Assembly (NCBI GenBank): GCA_038087875.1
Contig: CM075996.1
Coordinates: forward strand, 10,542,001 to 10,606,000
Direction: 5' to 3'
DNA from: Malacoraja senta
Lineage: Eukaryota
DNA: 64,000 nt
Shown here in pieces: positions 50,201 through 60,494 of this stretch. The notes beneath the pieces are model-generated. The model was given only the letters and a program-made list of their open reading frames with translations, did not search any database and was not told the origin of the DNA. Within the stretch, counting starts at the first letter, position 1, and each line of letters starts with the position of its first letter. The position numbers and the translations under genes are program-made.

Positions 50201-53200
50201 CTTCTCCCCATAACCCCTGACACCCGGACTGCTCATGGGCAGCTGTGAGCTGCGGAGGCAGAGGGCTCCAGGAGGAAGAGCGAGAGTGCACGTGGATGGA
50301 ACGGTCAGGGGCTCACCTGAGTGCTTTCCAGCGCGCCCGGCTTCTCGGCATGAGACCAGATACCTGTGGATGACATCAAGAGGCCAACACCTGCAGAGGC
50401 AGAAAGGTTGCACTGAAGCAAGCAACATTCATGGTATGCAGTCGCCTCAGTCCACTCACTGCCCTCAGTCTGCCTGGACCTACCTGATCTCCCGGTTGCC
50501 AAACACTTTAATTACCCTTCCCATTCCCACACTTAACCTTTCTGTTCTGGGCCTCCTCCACTGTCAGAGTGAGGCCAAATGCAAATTGGAGGAACAACAT
50601 CTCATATTTTGCTCGGGCAGCTTAAAATCCAGCGGTGTGAATATTGATTTCTATAACTTCAAGTAAACCTTGCATTCCCTCTCTCTCCATCCCTCCCCCA
50701 CCCAAGTTGTACCAGCTTCCAAGTCGTCTTGATGAGTCTCATTGTCTGTAGTCTTTCTCACCCAACAAACAGCTAACAACGGCCTGTTTCTTTTATCATT
50801 GTTACTTTTTTGCATATCTTTCATTCATTTGGTCCATATCTCTCTACATCACCATCTATATCTTTCATTTCCCTTTCCCTTGCCTCTCAGTCTGAAGAAG
50901 GGTCTCGACCCAAAACATCACCTATTTCTTTTCTCCAAAGATTCTGTCTGACCTGTTGAGTTACTCCAGCATTTTGTGTTTATCTTCAGTGTAAACCTAC
51001 CTGCAGTTCCTTCCCACACATTAACCTTTGCTTTTTACCACAAATCTAATTTTGGTTCCAATGTACCACTCACCTTTTACCTTTTGACCAGTCTGCCATG
51101 TGGGACCTTGCCAAAAACCTCACTGAAAACCATAGTCTCCATGAAACATGCTGCCCTTATCAATTCTTCGTCAGCAACTCAAACATTTAACCATCAGTCA
51201 GACAGAGCCTTCCTGCATGTACTCAATCCCGACGACCTCTCCTTAACTCAACTTTTAGACAATAGACAATAGGTGCAGGAGTAGGCCATTCGAGCCAGCA
51301 CCGCCATTCAATACGATCATGGCTGATCATCCACAATCAGTACCCCGTTTCTGCCTTCTCACCATATCCATTGACTCCGCTATCTTTAAGAGCTCTATCT
51401 AACTCTCTTGAAATAAACTCTTAGAATAAAGGGGAGGTCATTTAAGACTGAGGTGAGAAAAAATGTTTTTACCCAGAGAGTTGTGAATTTATGGAATTCC
51501 CTGCCACAGAGGGCAGTGGAGGCCAAGTCACTGGATGGATTTAAGAGAGAGTTAGATAGAGCTCTAGGGGTTAGTGGAGTCAAGGGATATGGGGAGAAGG
51601 CAGGCACGGGTTATTGATAGAGGACGATCAGCCATGATCACAATGAATGGCAGTGCTGGCTCGAAGGATCGAATGGCCTCCTGCACCTATTTTCTATGTT
51701 TCTATGAAAGCATCCAGAGAATTGGCATCCACTAGCAAGAATATCCTTCCTCAAATTTGGAGACCAAAACTGCACACAATACTTCAGGTGTGGTCTCACT
51801 AGGGCCCCGTACAACTGCAGAAGGAACTCTTTGCTCCTATACTTAACTCCTCTTGTTATGAAGGCCAACATGCCATTAGCTTTCTTCACTGCCTGCTTTA
51901 CCTGCATGCTTACTCTCAGTTCTAAAAATCATTCACTTCTAAATGAATTTTATACCATTTAGAATCTATTCCAATAATTTGTCCACCACTGGTTAAGCTA
52001 ACTGGCCTGTAATTACTTGGGCTCTCCCATGCTCCCTTTTTAAACAACTGTATGTTAGTAATCTAATCCTCCAGTATTACTCCTGCAGTGAGGAAGAATC
52101 AAAATATCACAGTTGGAGCATCTATAATTTCTTCCCTGGCTCCCTTCAACATCCTGGGATACCTTTCATCCCAGCCTGGTGAGCTACCCATTGACTAAAA
52201 TGATCGACCCTTGATACCTCCCCTTATTCTCTGCACGTCCCATACAATATTTCACATTTGTTTACTGTAACAATATTATCCTCCTCGTATGAATAGTTAC
52301 AACTAATCACGATTCACCTCCGGGGAATTGAAATCCAACAACATTGTCCTTGCACATTTACATTTGTTGGAAATTTCCTTATGAACTTGTTCTCTCTCAC
52401 ACCCTATTTGGGGTCAACAGTGCACTCACGTCAGCAATTGCCCATTTTGATCTTACATTCGACAATGACGACTTTCTAACATATCATCCCTTCTGAAGAT
52501 AGTCGCAAATGCTGAAATAAGCTCAGCAGGACAGGCAGCATCTCTGGAGAGAAGGAATGGGTGACGTTTTGGGTCAAGACCCTTCTTCAATTTAAACCAG
52601 CACCTGCAGTTCCTGCCTACACATATCATCCCTTTCACAGTTTACAGCGTATCATTAACTAGTACTGTCATCCCTCAGTCTCCCTTCTCCATAATGACCT
52701 GCTCAGAACAAAATCAGAGTGAAAGCAAGTCATCCTCCAACATAGAACAGTACAGCACAGGAACAGGACCTTCGGCCCAATGTCGGTGCCGAACATGATG
52801 CCAAGTTAAACTAATCTCAACCTGCATGTGATCCATTTCCCACCATTCCCTGCATATCCATGTGCCTATCTAAAATCTAAAATATTCTTAAACATCAACT
52901 ATCGTATCTGCTTCCACCATTATCCCGGGAAGCACATTCCAGACACCCACCACTCTTAAATAACAACTTTGGGGCAATATCTCCTTTAAACATCGCCATT
53001 CTTACCTGAAAGCTACGCCCTCTAGCCTTTGACATTTTCCCCTCGATGGAATCCTTGCATCAAGTGGGGCCACACTCCTCCATTGGATATTCCAGCCTTT
53101 CTTTCGTCTTCCTCCCAAACACTCACTAACTTCATGCCCTCGTTCCCTGTTCTGCCCTGCTTCCCCCCAAATCTTGGCTCAAATTTCCTTCCAAACCAAA

Positions 53201-56200
53201 CCATATCAACCCATCCAAACGGCGTTAGCAAACCCATCGAGGAGATTGGTCCCAGCCTCGAGGTGCCACCTGCCCTCAGAACCAGTGCCAGTGCCCGAGG
53301 AATATACAGCCCTCCCTCCTGCACCATCACTCCCCTACTCATCACCCACACTCCCTTCCCACACCTACACTCACTGTATCAGCTACTGGGAGCAATCTGG
53401 AGATTAGCATCTTTGCACGCGTTAGAACAGCGAGATTATCAAATACAAGCACCCTGATAATAGAATATAAAGACAGGGATGTAACACTGAGGCTTTATAA
53501 GGCACTGGCCAGACCACATTTGGAGTATTGTGCGCGATTTTGGGCTCCACATCTGAAGAGTAGTAGCTAGTAGAGTGGATAGGGGAGAACCAGTGGATGT
53601 GTTGTATCTGGACTTTCAGAAGGCTTTCGACAAGGTACCACATAAGAGATTAGGATACAAACTTAAATCACACGGTATTGGGGGTTCAGTATTGATGTGG
53701 ATAGAGAACTGGCTGGCAAACAGGAAGCAAAGAGTAGGAGTAAACGGGTCCTTTTCACAATGGCAGGCAGTGACTAGTGGGGTACTGCAAGGCTCAGTGC
53801 TGGGACCCCAGCTATTTACAATTTATATTAATGAACTGGATGAGGGAATTGAAAGCAACATCTCCAAGCTTGCGGATGACACTAAGCTGGGGGGCAGTGT
53901 TAGCTGTGAGGAGGATGCTAGGAGACTGCAAGGTGACTTGGATAGGCTGGGTGAGTGGGCAAATGTTTGGCAGATGCAGTATAATGTGGATAAATGTGAG
54001 GTTATCCACTTTGGTGGCAAAAACGGGAAGGCAGACTATTATCTAAATGGTGGCCGATTAGGAAATGGGGAGATGCAGCGAGACCTGGGTGTCATGGTAC
54101 ACCAGTCATTGAAAGAGGCATGCAGGTGCAGCAGGCAGTGAAGAAAGCGAATGATATGTTGGCCTTCATAGCAAGAGGATTTGAGTATAGGAGCAGGGAG
54201 GTTCTACTGCAGTTGTACAGGGTCTTGGTGAGACCACACCTGAAGTATTGCGTACAGTTTTGGTCTCCAAATTTGAGGAAGGACATTATAGCCATAGAGG
54301 GAGTGCTGAGAAGGTTCACCAGACTGATTCCTGGGATGTCAGGACTTTCATATGAAGAAAGACTGGATAGACTTGGCTTATACTCGCTAGAATTTAGGAG
54401 ATTGAGAGGGGATCTTATAGAAACGTACAAAATTCTTATGGGGTTGGACAGGCTCGATGCAGGAAGATTGTTCCCGATGTTGGGGAAGTCCAGGACAAGG
54501 GGTCACAGCTTAAGGATAAGGGGGAAATCCTTTAAGACCGAGATGAGGAAAAACTTTTTCACACAGAGAGTGGTGAATCTCTGGAACTCTCTGCCACAGA
54601 GGGTAGTTGAGGCCAGTTCATTGGCTATATTTAAGAGGGAGTTAAGGGGATCAGGGGGTATGGAGAGAAGGCAGGTACGGGATACTGAGTTGGATGATCA
54701 GCCATGATCATATTGAATGGCGGTGCAGGCTCGAAGGGCCGAATGGCCTACTCCTGCACCTATTTTCTATGTATCTATGTATCTAAGAAGGATATGCTGG
54801 CGTTGGAGAGGGTCCAGAGGAGGTTTACGAGAATGATCCCAGGAATGAGTGGGTTGACGTGTGATGAGCATTTGTGGGCACTGGGCCTGTACTCGCTGGA
54901 CCTGTACCCGCTGTAGGATGAGGAGGGACTTCATTGAAACTTGCCGAATAGTGAAAGGCCTGGATAGAGTGGATGTGGAGAGGATGTTTCCACTAGTGGG
55001 AGAGTATAGGACCAGAGGCCATAGCCTCAGAACAAAATCATGTACCTTTAGAAAGGAGACGAGGTAGAATTTCTTTAGTTAGGGGATGGTGAATCTGTGG
55101 AATTCATTGCCACAGATGTCTGTGAAGGCCAAGTGAGTGGGTATTTTAATGTGCAGATTGATATTCTTGATTAGTACGGGTGTCGGAGGTTATGGGGGAC
55201 AGGCAGGAGAATGGGGTTGAGAGGGAAAGATAGATCAGCCATGATTGAATAGTGGAGTAGACTTGATGGGCCAAATGGCCTAATTGTGCTATAATTTATG
55301 AACTATATAACACAACCTCAATTCAGCTGCTTGGACCTCACTCTCTAATTCCAATAAGAACCTTGGGCTCCGGATACTCAGTTTACACTATAAATTCACC
55401 AATGTTGTTCTGTCAAACAGACTGCTAAATACAGCCCAGGACCCACCCCAATCCGTCCCTCCAACTTTAATCCTTTACTCTCAACATGACTGTTTCTCCT
55501 CATGCTTTGCCTCAACTGCTCAAACCCTCAGTGAAGATTTTCTCTTCATATTGTCCTGCAGACATCAATGATCGATGAAGTGAGATGTGAAATGGAGCAG
55601 GTCCTTACCCAGTAATGCCAGCAACACCAGCAGCATCCACTTCTTCACGTGAGGGACACACCTGGAGGGGAAACACACACACGTCAGCTGGCTATTGATC
55701 CCAACCCCGTTTCAAGCGAGATGGACACAAAAAGCTGCCATAACTCAGTGGGTCAGGCAGCATCTCTGGAGTCTGAAGAAGGGCGTTGTCCTGAAACGTC
55801 ATCCATTCCTTCCCTCCAGAGACGTCGCCCGACCCGCTGAGTTACTCTAGCTTATTGTGTCTTTCTTCGGTTTAAACCAGCATCTCCAGTTCCTTTCCAC
55901 ACACACGTTTCAAACAAATCGAATGCTCCCATCAAACAGACAGAATCAGGTCAAGGATTATGGTCAAGAGATGGACAGACTCCTCCATGGACCCACGCTG
56001 CTGACAGACCTTCACTCCACACACATAAAGCTCAGAACCATGGTGACACTGGTGAAAGATTAGTCAACCTCAGGTACAGTATCAGAGGGCTGTTCTGTGG
56101 GTGCGTGTATCTGGGGTAGAGTGTGGGCAGGCTATCTTGTAGTCCGTGGCTCGAAGGGTCGAATGGCCTACTTCTGCACCTATTTTTCTATGTTTCAAGT

Positions 56201-59200
56201 GGGTTCATCTGGGGTTTAAGTGGGTTAGCCTGTGGTGGGTTTACCTGGGCTACAATAAATGGGTTATAATTTTTTAAGTTTAGTTTAAAGACACAGGATA
56301 GAAACAGGGCCTTCGGCCCACCAAGTCCGTACCGACCAACGATTCCCGCCCACTAACTCTACCCTATACAGACTAGAATCATAGAGCGATACAGTTTGGA
56401 AACAGGCCCTTCGGTCCAACTTGCCCATGTTGACCAACAATGTCCCAGCTCGTGTGCGGACGTGGCGCCGACGGACGAGAAGCCGAAACAAAGAAGTGGA
56501 AGCCAAATAACCGAATAGAAACAAAGCCGAAACGACAACTAACCGAATGGAAACGAAGCCGAAACGCCAACTAACCAAAAGGGCGGGACGCCTAAATGCA
56601 AACTAAATGAAAGGGCGGGACGCCTAAAAGCCAACTAACTGAAAGGCTGCGTCGCGTAAAAGCAAACTCACCGAAATGCCACCTACCCGAAAGGCAGCGT
56701 TGCCTACAAGCCAACGAACCGAATGCCGCTCAACTGAAAAGTCAAATAACGGACATAACGTTGCCGGGGGGCGGGACTTGTCAGCGATTGGCCCAGACCC
56801 CCGCGTCCATCACATCACTGTGGAGGGATGAACATTGTCCCACACCTCCGCTCCACCCGACCCACAGCCCGCGAAGGGTGGCCGTGGGAGAGTGGGGGCT
56901 GTCCCGAGGAATACGCACCTTCGGCCGCTTACAACTTGGTGCTTGGGTTCAGATTGCCCAGTCACCTATGGCTTGTGTGGGAAAATGACCCCCCACCCTC
57001 CCGTCTCCCCCTTCTCTCTCCCCTCTTCTCTCTCCCCATCTCCTCCCTTCTCTCTCTCCCCATCCCCTCTTCCTTCTCTCTCTCCCCCTTCTCTCTCCCC
57101 TCCTCTCTCTCCCCATCTCTTCCCTTCTCTCTCTCCCCATCCCCTCTTCCTTCTCTCTCTCCCCCTTCTCTCGCTCCTCCTCTCTCTCCACCTCCTCTCT
57201 CTCTCCCCCCTCTCTCTCTCCCTCCTCTACTTTCTCTCTCTCCCTTTCTCTCCCCCTTCTCGCTCTCCTCTGTCTCCACTGGCGGGAGGGTGGGGGTGCA
57301 ACCGCAGGAAATGCTACACTTGTCGCTTTACCTCCCCCCTTGACTCCATCCAAGGACCTAAGCAGTCTTTCCAGGTGAGGCAGAGGTTCACCTGCACCTC
57401 CTCCAACCTCATCTGTTGCATCTGCTGCTCTAGGTGTCAACTGCTCTACATCGGTGAGACCAAGCGCAGGTTTGGCAATCACTTCGCCCAACACCTCCAC
57501 ACACTTCGCATGAACCAACCTGATCTCCCGGTGGCTCAGCACTTCAACTCCCCCTCCCATTCCGAATCCGACCTTTCTGTCCTGGGCCTCCTCCGTGGCC
57601 AGTGAGTCCCACCGCAAATTGGAGGAGCAGCACCTCATATTTTGCTTGGGTGGTTTATACCCCAGCAGTATGAACAATTTCAGGTAGTCCTTGCTTTCTC
57701 CCTCCTTTCCCTCCCCTTCCCAGCTCTCCCAGTCCAAAGTCTCCGCCTCTTCCTTTCATCTCACCGCTCCCCCCACCTCCACATCAGTCAGAAGGGTCTC
57801 GACCCGAAACGTCACCTATTCCATCACTCAATAGATGCTGCCTCACCCGCTGAGTTTCTCCAGCATTTTTGTCTGCCTTCCGTCTTACTGTCTTTCTCCT
57901 CGGTAAATAGAGGAAAATATTCATTGAGTTCCTTGCCCATCTCCTGTAGCTCCACACAGATGTGACTGCTTTGATTCCTGAGAGGTCCCACTCTTTATCT
58001 GGTTACCCTTTTCCCCTTTCTGTATTTATAAAATCTTTTGGGATTGTTGCTACCCATCAGAGCTATCTCCTGGCCCCTTTTTTGCCATTCTGATCACCTT
58101 TTTCAGTTTACTCTTTAGTTCCTGAAACTCCTCCGGGGATGCACTTGATCCCAGCTGCCTATACCTGTCCCATGCATCCTTCGTTTTTGACCAACGTCTC
58201 AATTTCCCTCGTCAGCCAAGCTTCCTTACGTTTGCCTGCTTTGCCCTTCACTCTAACGGGGACGTACATATGCTGAGCTTTCGTCAGCACACTTAAAAAC
58301 ATCCCACTTGGTCCATGTTCCTTTCCCCTCAAATAACCTGCTCCAGTCAACTTGAGTGAGACCTTCTCTCATACCCTCAAAGTTGGCCTTACCCCAGTTG
58401 TGCATTTTAACACGTGGACACTCTCCGTCCCAATCCATAACTATCTTAAACCTAATCGTCCTGTGGTCACTGGACCTGAAAGCCTCCTCCACAAACACTA
58501 CATTAACTTGCCTTTCCCAATACTAGATCCAGCGTTGCCTTCTCACATGTGGGGACCTCCACATACTGGTTAAGAAAACTCCCCTGAACACTTTTGAGGA
58601 ATTGCACCCCATTTAAATCCTTCACGCTATGATTTTCCCAGTCTATCTTGGGAAAGTTAAAATCCCCTACTACAACAATCTTATTTGACCTGTAGCTGCC
58701 TGCAATCTCCTGGCACATTTGTTCTTCTAATTCCCGTTGACTATTCGGGGGTCTGTAGTACACCCCCAACAAAGCGATCATCTCTTTCTTGTTCCTCAGC
58801 TCCACCCATATAGCTTCACTAGACAAAACTTCCGTAATGTCACCTCTGAACACTGCCGTGACATCCTCCTTAACCAACAATGCAACCCCCCTCCTCTTTT
58901 TCCCTCACCCGTCTGTCCTGAAGCTCCAGTACTCCGGGAACATTGATCTGCCAGTCCTGCCCCTCCCTTAACCAGGTTTCAGTCATGGCTACAACGTCCC
59001 AGTCGCTCGTACCTATCCATGCCCTCAGCTCATCTGCCTTACCCATCAGGCCCCTTTACGTGCAGTTTAAACCAACCCTCCTTCCTCGTTCTCTCTCTTT
59101 CACCTGCTTATTCTGTCCACTAACCTTCCCCACACCACCCTCCATACCAACTTCTAGCCTCTCGCGTGTCTCTGTCCTGTACGAGATCCCACCCTCCCCC

Positions 59201-59882
59201 TGCCTAGGGACAATTTACAATTAAACTAAGCCAATCAACCTACAAACCTTTACGTCTTTGGAGTGTGGGAGGAAACCGGAGGTACCGGGAAAAACCCACT
59301 CAGGTCATGGGTAGAACGTATAAACTCTGAACAGGCAGCACCTGTAGTCAGGATGGAATCTGGGTCTCTGCCACTGTAAGCGTTGTAAGGCATTGTCGAG
59401 TACAGTGAGAATGGGCTGTTCTGTGGTGGGTTTATCGGGAGTTCAGTGTGACTGGGTGTCCTGTGGGAGGGTGTGTTCAGTACAGAGGTGGGGAGGAGAT
59501 GGAGGAGGCAGTGGGGATGGGTGACTTTGCTTCAGTTAACCAGGTGGAGGAAGGGAGTCTGTGGATCCCCGGAGCACGTACCTGGACAGAGTAAAGACAT
59601 CGATCAAGGAGATGGCCGTTGTTAACTGGTACCAGGCTGTGCCCAAACACCAGTACACCAGGGGCAGAGCTTTTTCTGAAAGAAACAGCAACACAACATT
59701 AGACAACGTTTGGCCCCGATGTTTCCCATCAGTGGAAGCGGAGAGAGCTCAGACTCTCCAACACGGAACCCACTGATACTGTGGAAACACGCGAGGCTGA
59801 GAGACCTTCTGCCCTGCAGGGACCACCACAGAAAGTCCACCGCAAGGTGGTGGCAGGAGAACCCAGGGGAGCTATAGGGCAC
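23106..59882 (-). CDS. SUN2: SUN-domain inner nuclear membrane protein (LINC complex), SUN2-like; spliced, 5' end not identified
   Basis: 14 exons, all AG/GT-bounded with matching phases: 59882-59774, 59675-59582, 55661-55609, 50390-50317, 45847-45626, 42923-42852, 41688-41645, 40687-40531, 37877-37665, 33726-33642, 31153-31038, 28974-28807, 27955-27863, 23219-23106 (1614 nt). Encodes a SUN2-like pre-TM motif ([25 protein letters not shown]), a TM segment, coiled coils and a full SUN domain. SUN family is certain; SUN2 versus SUN1 or another paralogue is inference. Confidence 0.88.
23437..23815 (+). mobile_element. Young CR1 3' fragment
   Basis: Near-identical to the 3' ends at 36870-37243 and 54420-54780. 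Confidence 0.9.
23816..25107 (-). mobile_element. CR1-clade LINE, second family, 5'-truncated
   Basis: ORFs 24423-25112, 24188-24403 and 23898-24191 ([19 protein letters not shown]); tail (ttatatgg)n. Confidence 0.9.
27176..27635 (+). mobile_element. HE1-like SINE interrupted by a CR1 tail (27340-27557)
   Basis: SINE head and tail flank a CR1 3' end. Confidence 0.75.
27863..27955 (-). CDS. SUN2: SUN gene exon (93 nt)
   Basis: cacag|[31 protein letters not shown]|gtatgg; phase 0/0. Confidence 0.95.
28807..28974 (-). CDS. SUN2: SUN gene exon (168 nt)
   Basis: ttgcag|[56 protein letters not shown]|gtgagt. Confidence 0.96.
29015..29287 (-). mobile_element. HE1-like SINE
   Basis: A/B boxes and core. 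Confidence 0.78.
31038..31153 (-). CDS. SUN2: SUN gene exon (116 nt, KASH-lid region)
   Basis: cttgttag|(G)[38 protein letters not shown]|gtatat; phase 1/0. Confidence 0.95.
33642..33726 (-). CDS. SUN2: SUN gene exon (85 nt, helix preceding the SUN domain)
   Basis: tttggtag|[28 protein letters not shown](G)|gtaagt; phase 0/1. Confidence 0.95.
33925..34949. mobile_element. Non-autonomous TIR element, hAT-like
   Basis: taggtatgttacaaaa ... ttttgtaacattgcca, flanked by the direct repeat caagtat (33918-33924, 34950-34956). Confidence 0.7.
35705..37243 (+). mobile_element. Young CR1 LINE, 3' 1.5 kb
   Basis: 320-aa RT ORF 35872-36834, one small deletion frameshift, intact tail. Confidence 0.92.
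37665..37877 (-). CDS. SUN2: SUN gene coiled-coil exon (213 nt)
   Basis: gtgtttag|[15 protein letters not shown]...[17 protein letters not shown]...AGIIK|gtacaa; open frame, phase 0/0. Confidence 0.85.
40030..40310 (-). mobile_element. Penelope GIY-YIG fragment
   Basis: [20 protein letters not shown]. Confidence 0.75.
40531..40687 (-). CDS. SUN2: SUN gene coiled-coil exon (157 nt)
   Basis: [52 protein letters not shown]|gtaagt; heptad pattern; phase 2/0; atypical acceptor (see findings). Confidence 0.85.
40693..40940 (-). mobile_element. 5'-truncated LINE tail with (ATT)n end, at a SUN splice acceptor
   Basis: AATAAA plus (att)n tail on the minus strand; flanked by cctata at 40687-40692 and 40941-40946. 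Confidence 0.65.
41341..41571. mobile_element. PIF/Harbinger-type MITE (231 bp)
   Basis: ~36 bp TIRs agggcctgtcccacttggcg.../...cgccaagacggacaggccct with TAA on both flanks. Confidence 0.85.
41645..41688 (-). CDS. SUN2: SUN gene exon (44 nt)
   Basis: ttctattcccag|[14 protein letters not shown](R)|gtacag; phase 0/2 fits neighbours. Confidence 0.8.
42164..42450 (+). mobile_element. HE1-like SINE
   Basis: ggcagcacggtggtgcagcggtagag...ggttcgatcc...ctctaaaac. Confidence 0.82.
42852..42923 (-). CDS. SUN2: SUN gene exon (72 nt)
   Basis: gtttgcttccag|[24 protein letters not shown]|gtgggt; phase 0/0. Confidence 0.75.
43130..45165 (-). mobile_element. Rex1/Babar-type LINE, degraded
   Basis: [48 protein letters not shown]. 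Confidence 0.85.
43203..43631 (-). mobile_element. Short non-autonomous Helitron nested in a Rex1-like LINE tail
   Basis: A|TCTATCTATC...agacccaacgggtct hairpin...GGTCTAG|T. Confidence 0.82.
45626..45847 (-). CDS. SUN2: SUN gene exon (222 nt; possible in-frame alternative donor giving 45692-45847)
   Basis: ctctgttcctag|[21 protein letters not shown]...[20 protein letters not shown]|gtgagt. Confidence 0.8.
45874..46180 (+). mobile_element. HE1-like SINE (further partial copies near 660, 3480, 32593, 40985, 56280, 59205, 63698)
   Basis: A/B boxes, core, ctaaactaaa tail. Confidence 0.82.
46996..48359 (+). mobile_element. CR1-clade LINE (same family as 23816-25107), nested in another CR1 (46899-46970, 48360-48897)
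   Basis: ORFs 46881-47510, 47682-48278 and 48474-48944. Confidence 0.9.
48898..49205 (+). mobile_element. Penelope-derived terminal repeat with hammerhead-like core
   Basis: cctcatattccgcttgggcagtcta (PLE C-terminus) ... ctgaagaagggtttcggcccgaaacgtt ... catctgcagttcctt. Confidence 0.7.
50317..50390 (-). CDS. SUN2: SUN gene exon (74 nt, end of TM segment)
   Basis: ttctgcctctgcag|(G)[24 protein letters not shown]|gtgagc; phase 1/0. Confidence 0.82.
50480..51015 (+). mobile_element. Penelope 3' end and terminal repeat
   Basis: [24 protein letters not shown], followed by the shared terminal repeat. Confidence 0.75.
51255..51920. mobile_element. Plus-strand CR1 tail (~51417-51705) nested inside a minus-strand CR1
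   Basis: Opposite-orientation CR1 3' ends; tgaaa at both junctions. Confidence 0.75.
53460..55300 (+). mobile_element. Young CR1 (53566-54783) nested in an older CR1
   Basis: ORFs 53575-54141 and 54120-54707 are near-identical to 35872-37151. Confidence 0.9.
55609..55661 (-). CDS. SUN2: SUN gene exon (53 nt, transmembrane helix)
   Basis: tttcccctccag|(R)[17 protein letters not shown](G)|gtaagg; phase 2/1; basic residues followed by a hydrophobic run. Confidence 0.87.
56452..56760. repeat. Degenerate ~31-bp tandem array (probable DNA-transposon subterminal repeats)
   Basis: Units such as gccgaaacgacaactaaccgaatggaaacgaa and gcctaaaagccaactaactgaaaggctgcgtc. Confidence 0.6.
56990..57280. repeat. 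CT-rich low-complexity tract
   Basis: Nearly pure pyrimidine run. Confidence 0.9.
57285..57880 (+). mobile_element. Penelope GIY-YIG endonuclease 3' fragment with terminal repeat
   Basis: CNRRKCYTC...[36 protein letters not shown]...PVAQHFN. Confidence 0.85.
57885..59200 (-). mobile_element. CR1 LINE APE-endonuclease region, degraded
   Basis: [33 protein letters not shown] motifs. Confidence 0.85.
59582..59675 (-). CDS. SUN2: SUN gene exon (94 nt, pre-TM hydrophobic motif)
   Basis: gtttctttcag|[30 protein letters not shown](R)|gtacgt; resembles the SUN2 YWW.GT.WY.LTTA.SLLDVF.LTR motif. Confidence 0.9.
59774..59882 (-). CDS. SUN2: SUN gene nucleoplasmic exon (109 nt)
   Basis: tttttttttctcag|[36 protein letters not shown]|gtgggt; 98-nt intron to next exon; phase 0/1. 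Confidence 0.7.
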
Positions 59883-60494
59883 CTGAGAAAAAAAAAGGTC
59901 ACAGGGATATCGACGGGACAACAGCACTGATGGGGGTACTCCAGAGGCCACGGCGGGCCGAATGGCCTCCCTTTGTGTCCAGACTAAAGAAACTGGAGAT
60001 TGTCAATGAAACTTCCACCGAGCAGGGAGTATCACCTTTCAATACAGAGAGATTGCCTGGTTGTGGATGGATAGCAGTCCCCTCTGTCCCAGTTAATCTT
60101 ATCCCACAACCAACATGGGCAAAGATAGACACAAAAAGCTGGAGTAACTCAGCGGGACAAGCAGCATCACTGGAGAAAAGGAATAGGTGACGTTCGGGTC
60201 AAGACCCTTCTTCAGACTGAGAGTCAGGGGAAAGGGAAACTAGCAATATAGACGGTGATGTAGAGAGATATGGAACAAATGAATGAACGATATGCAAAAA
60301 AGTAACGATGATGAAGGAAACGGTCCATTGTTGGTTGGCTGTGGGCTCGGTGTTAACAAATTATACAGACAATGAAACTCACCAGAACGACAGTGAAACT
60401 AGTACAACGACTAAGGAGGGGGAGGGATGGAGAGAGAGAGGGTTACTTGAAGTTAGAGAAATCTAGATTTATTGAACATGGACGCGTCTGGGGG

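Noticed and set aside
56452..56760. CRISPR-like repeat array
   Set aside because: Units are degenerate and abutting, with no constant repeat plus unique spacers, no cas genes, and a vertebrate context
56828..57737. Long ORFs (171-262 aa) as host genes
   Set aside because: They arise from a CT low-complexity tract run into a Penelope GIY-YIG fragment
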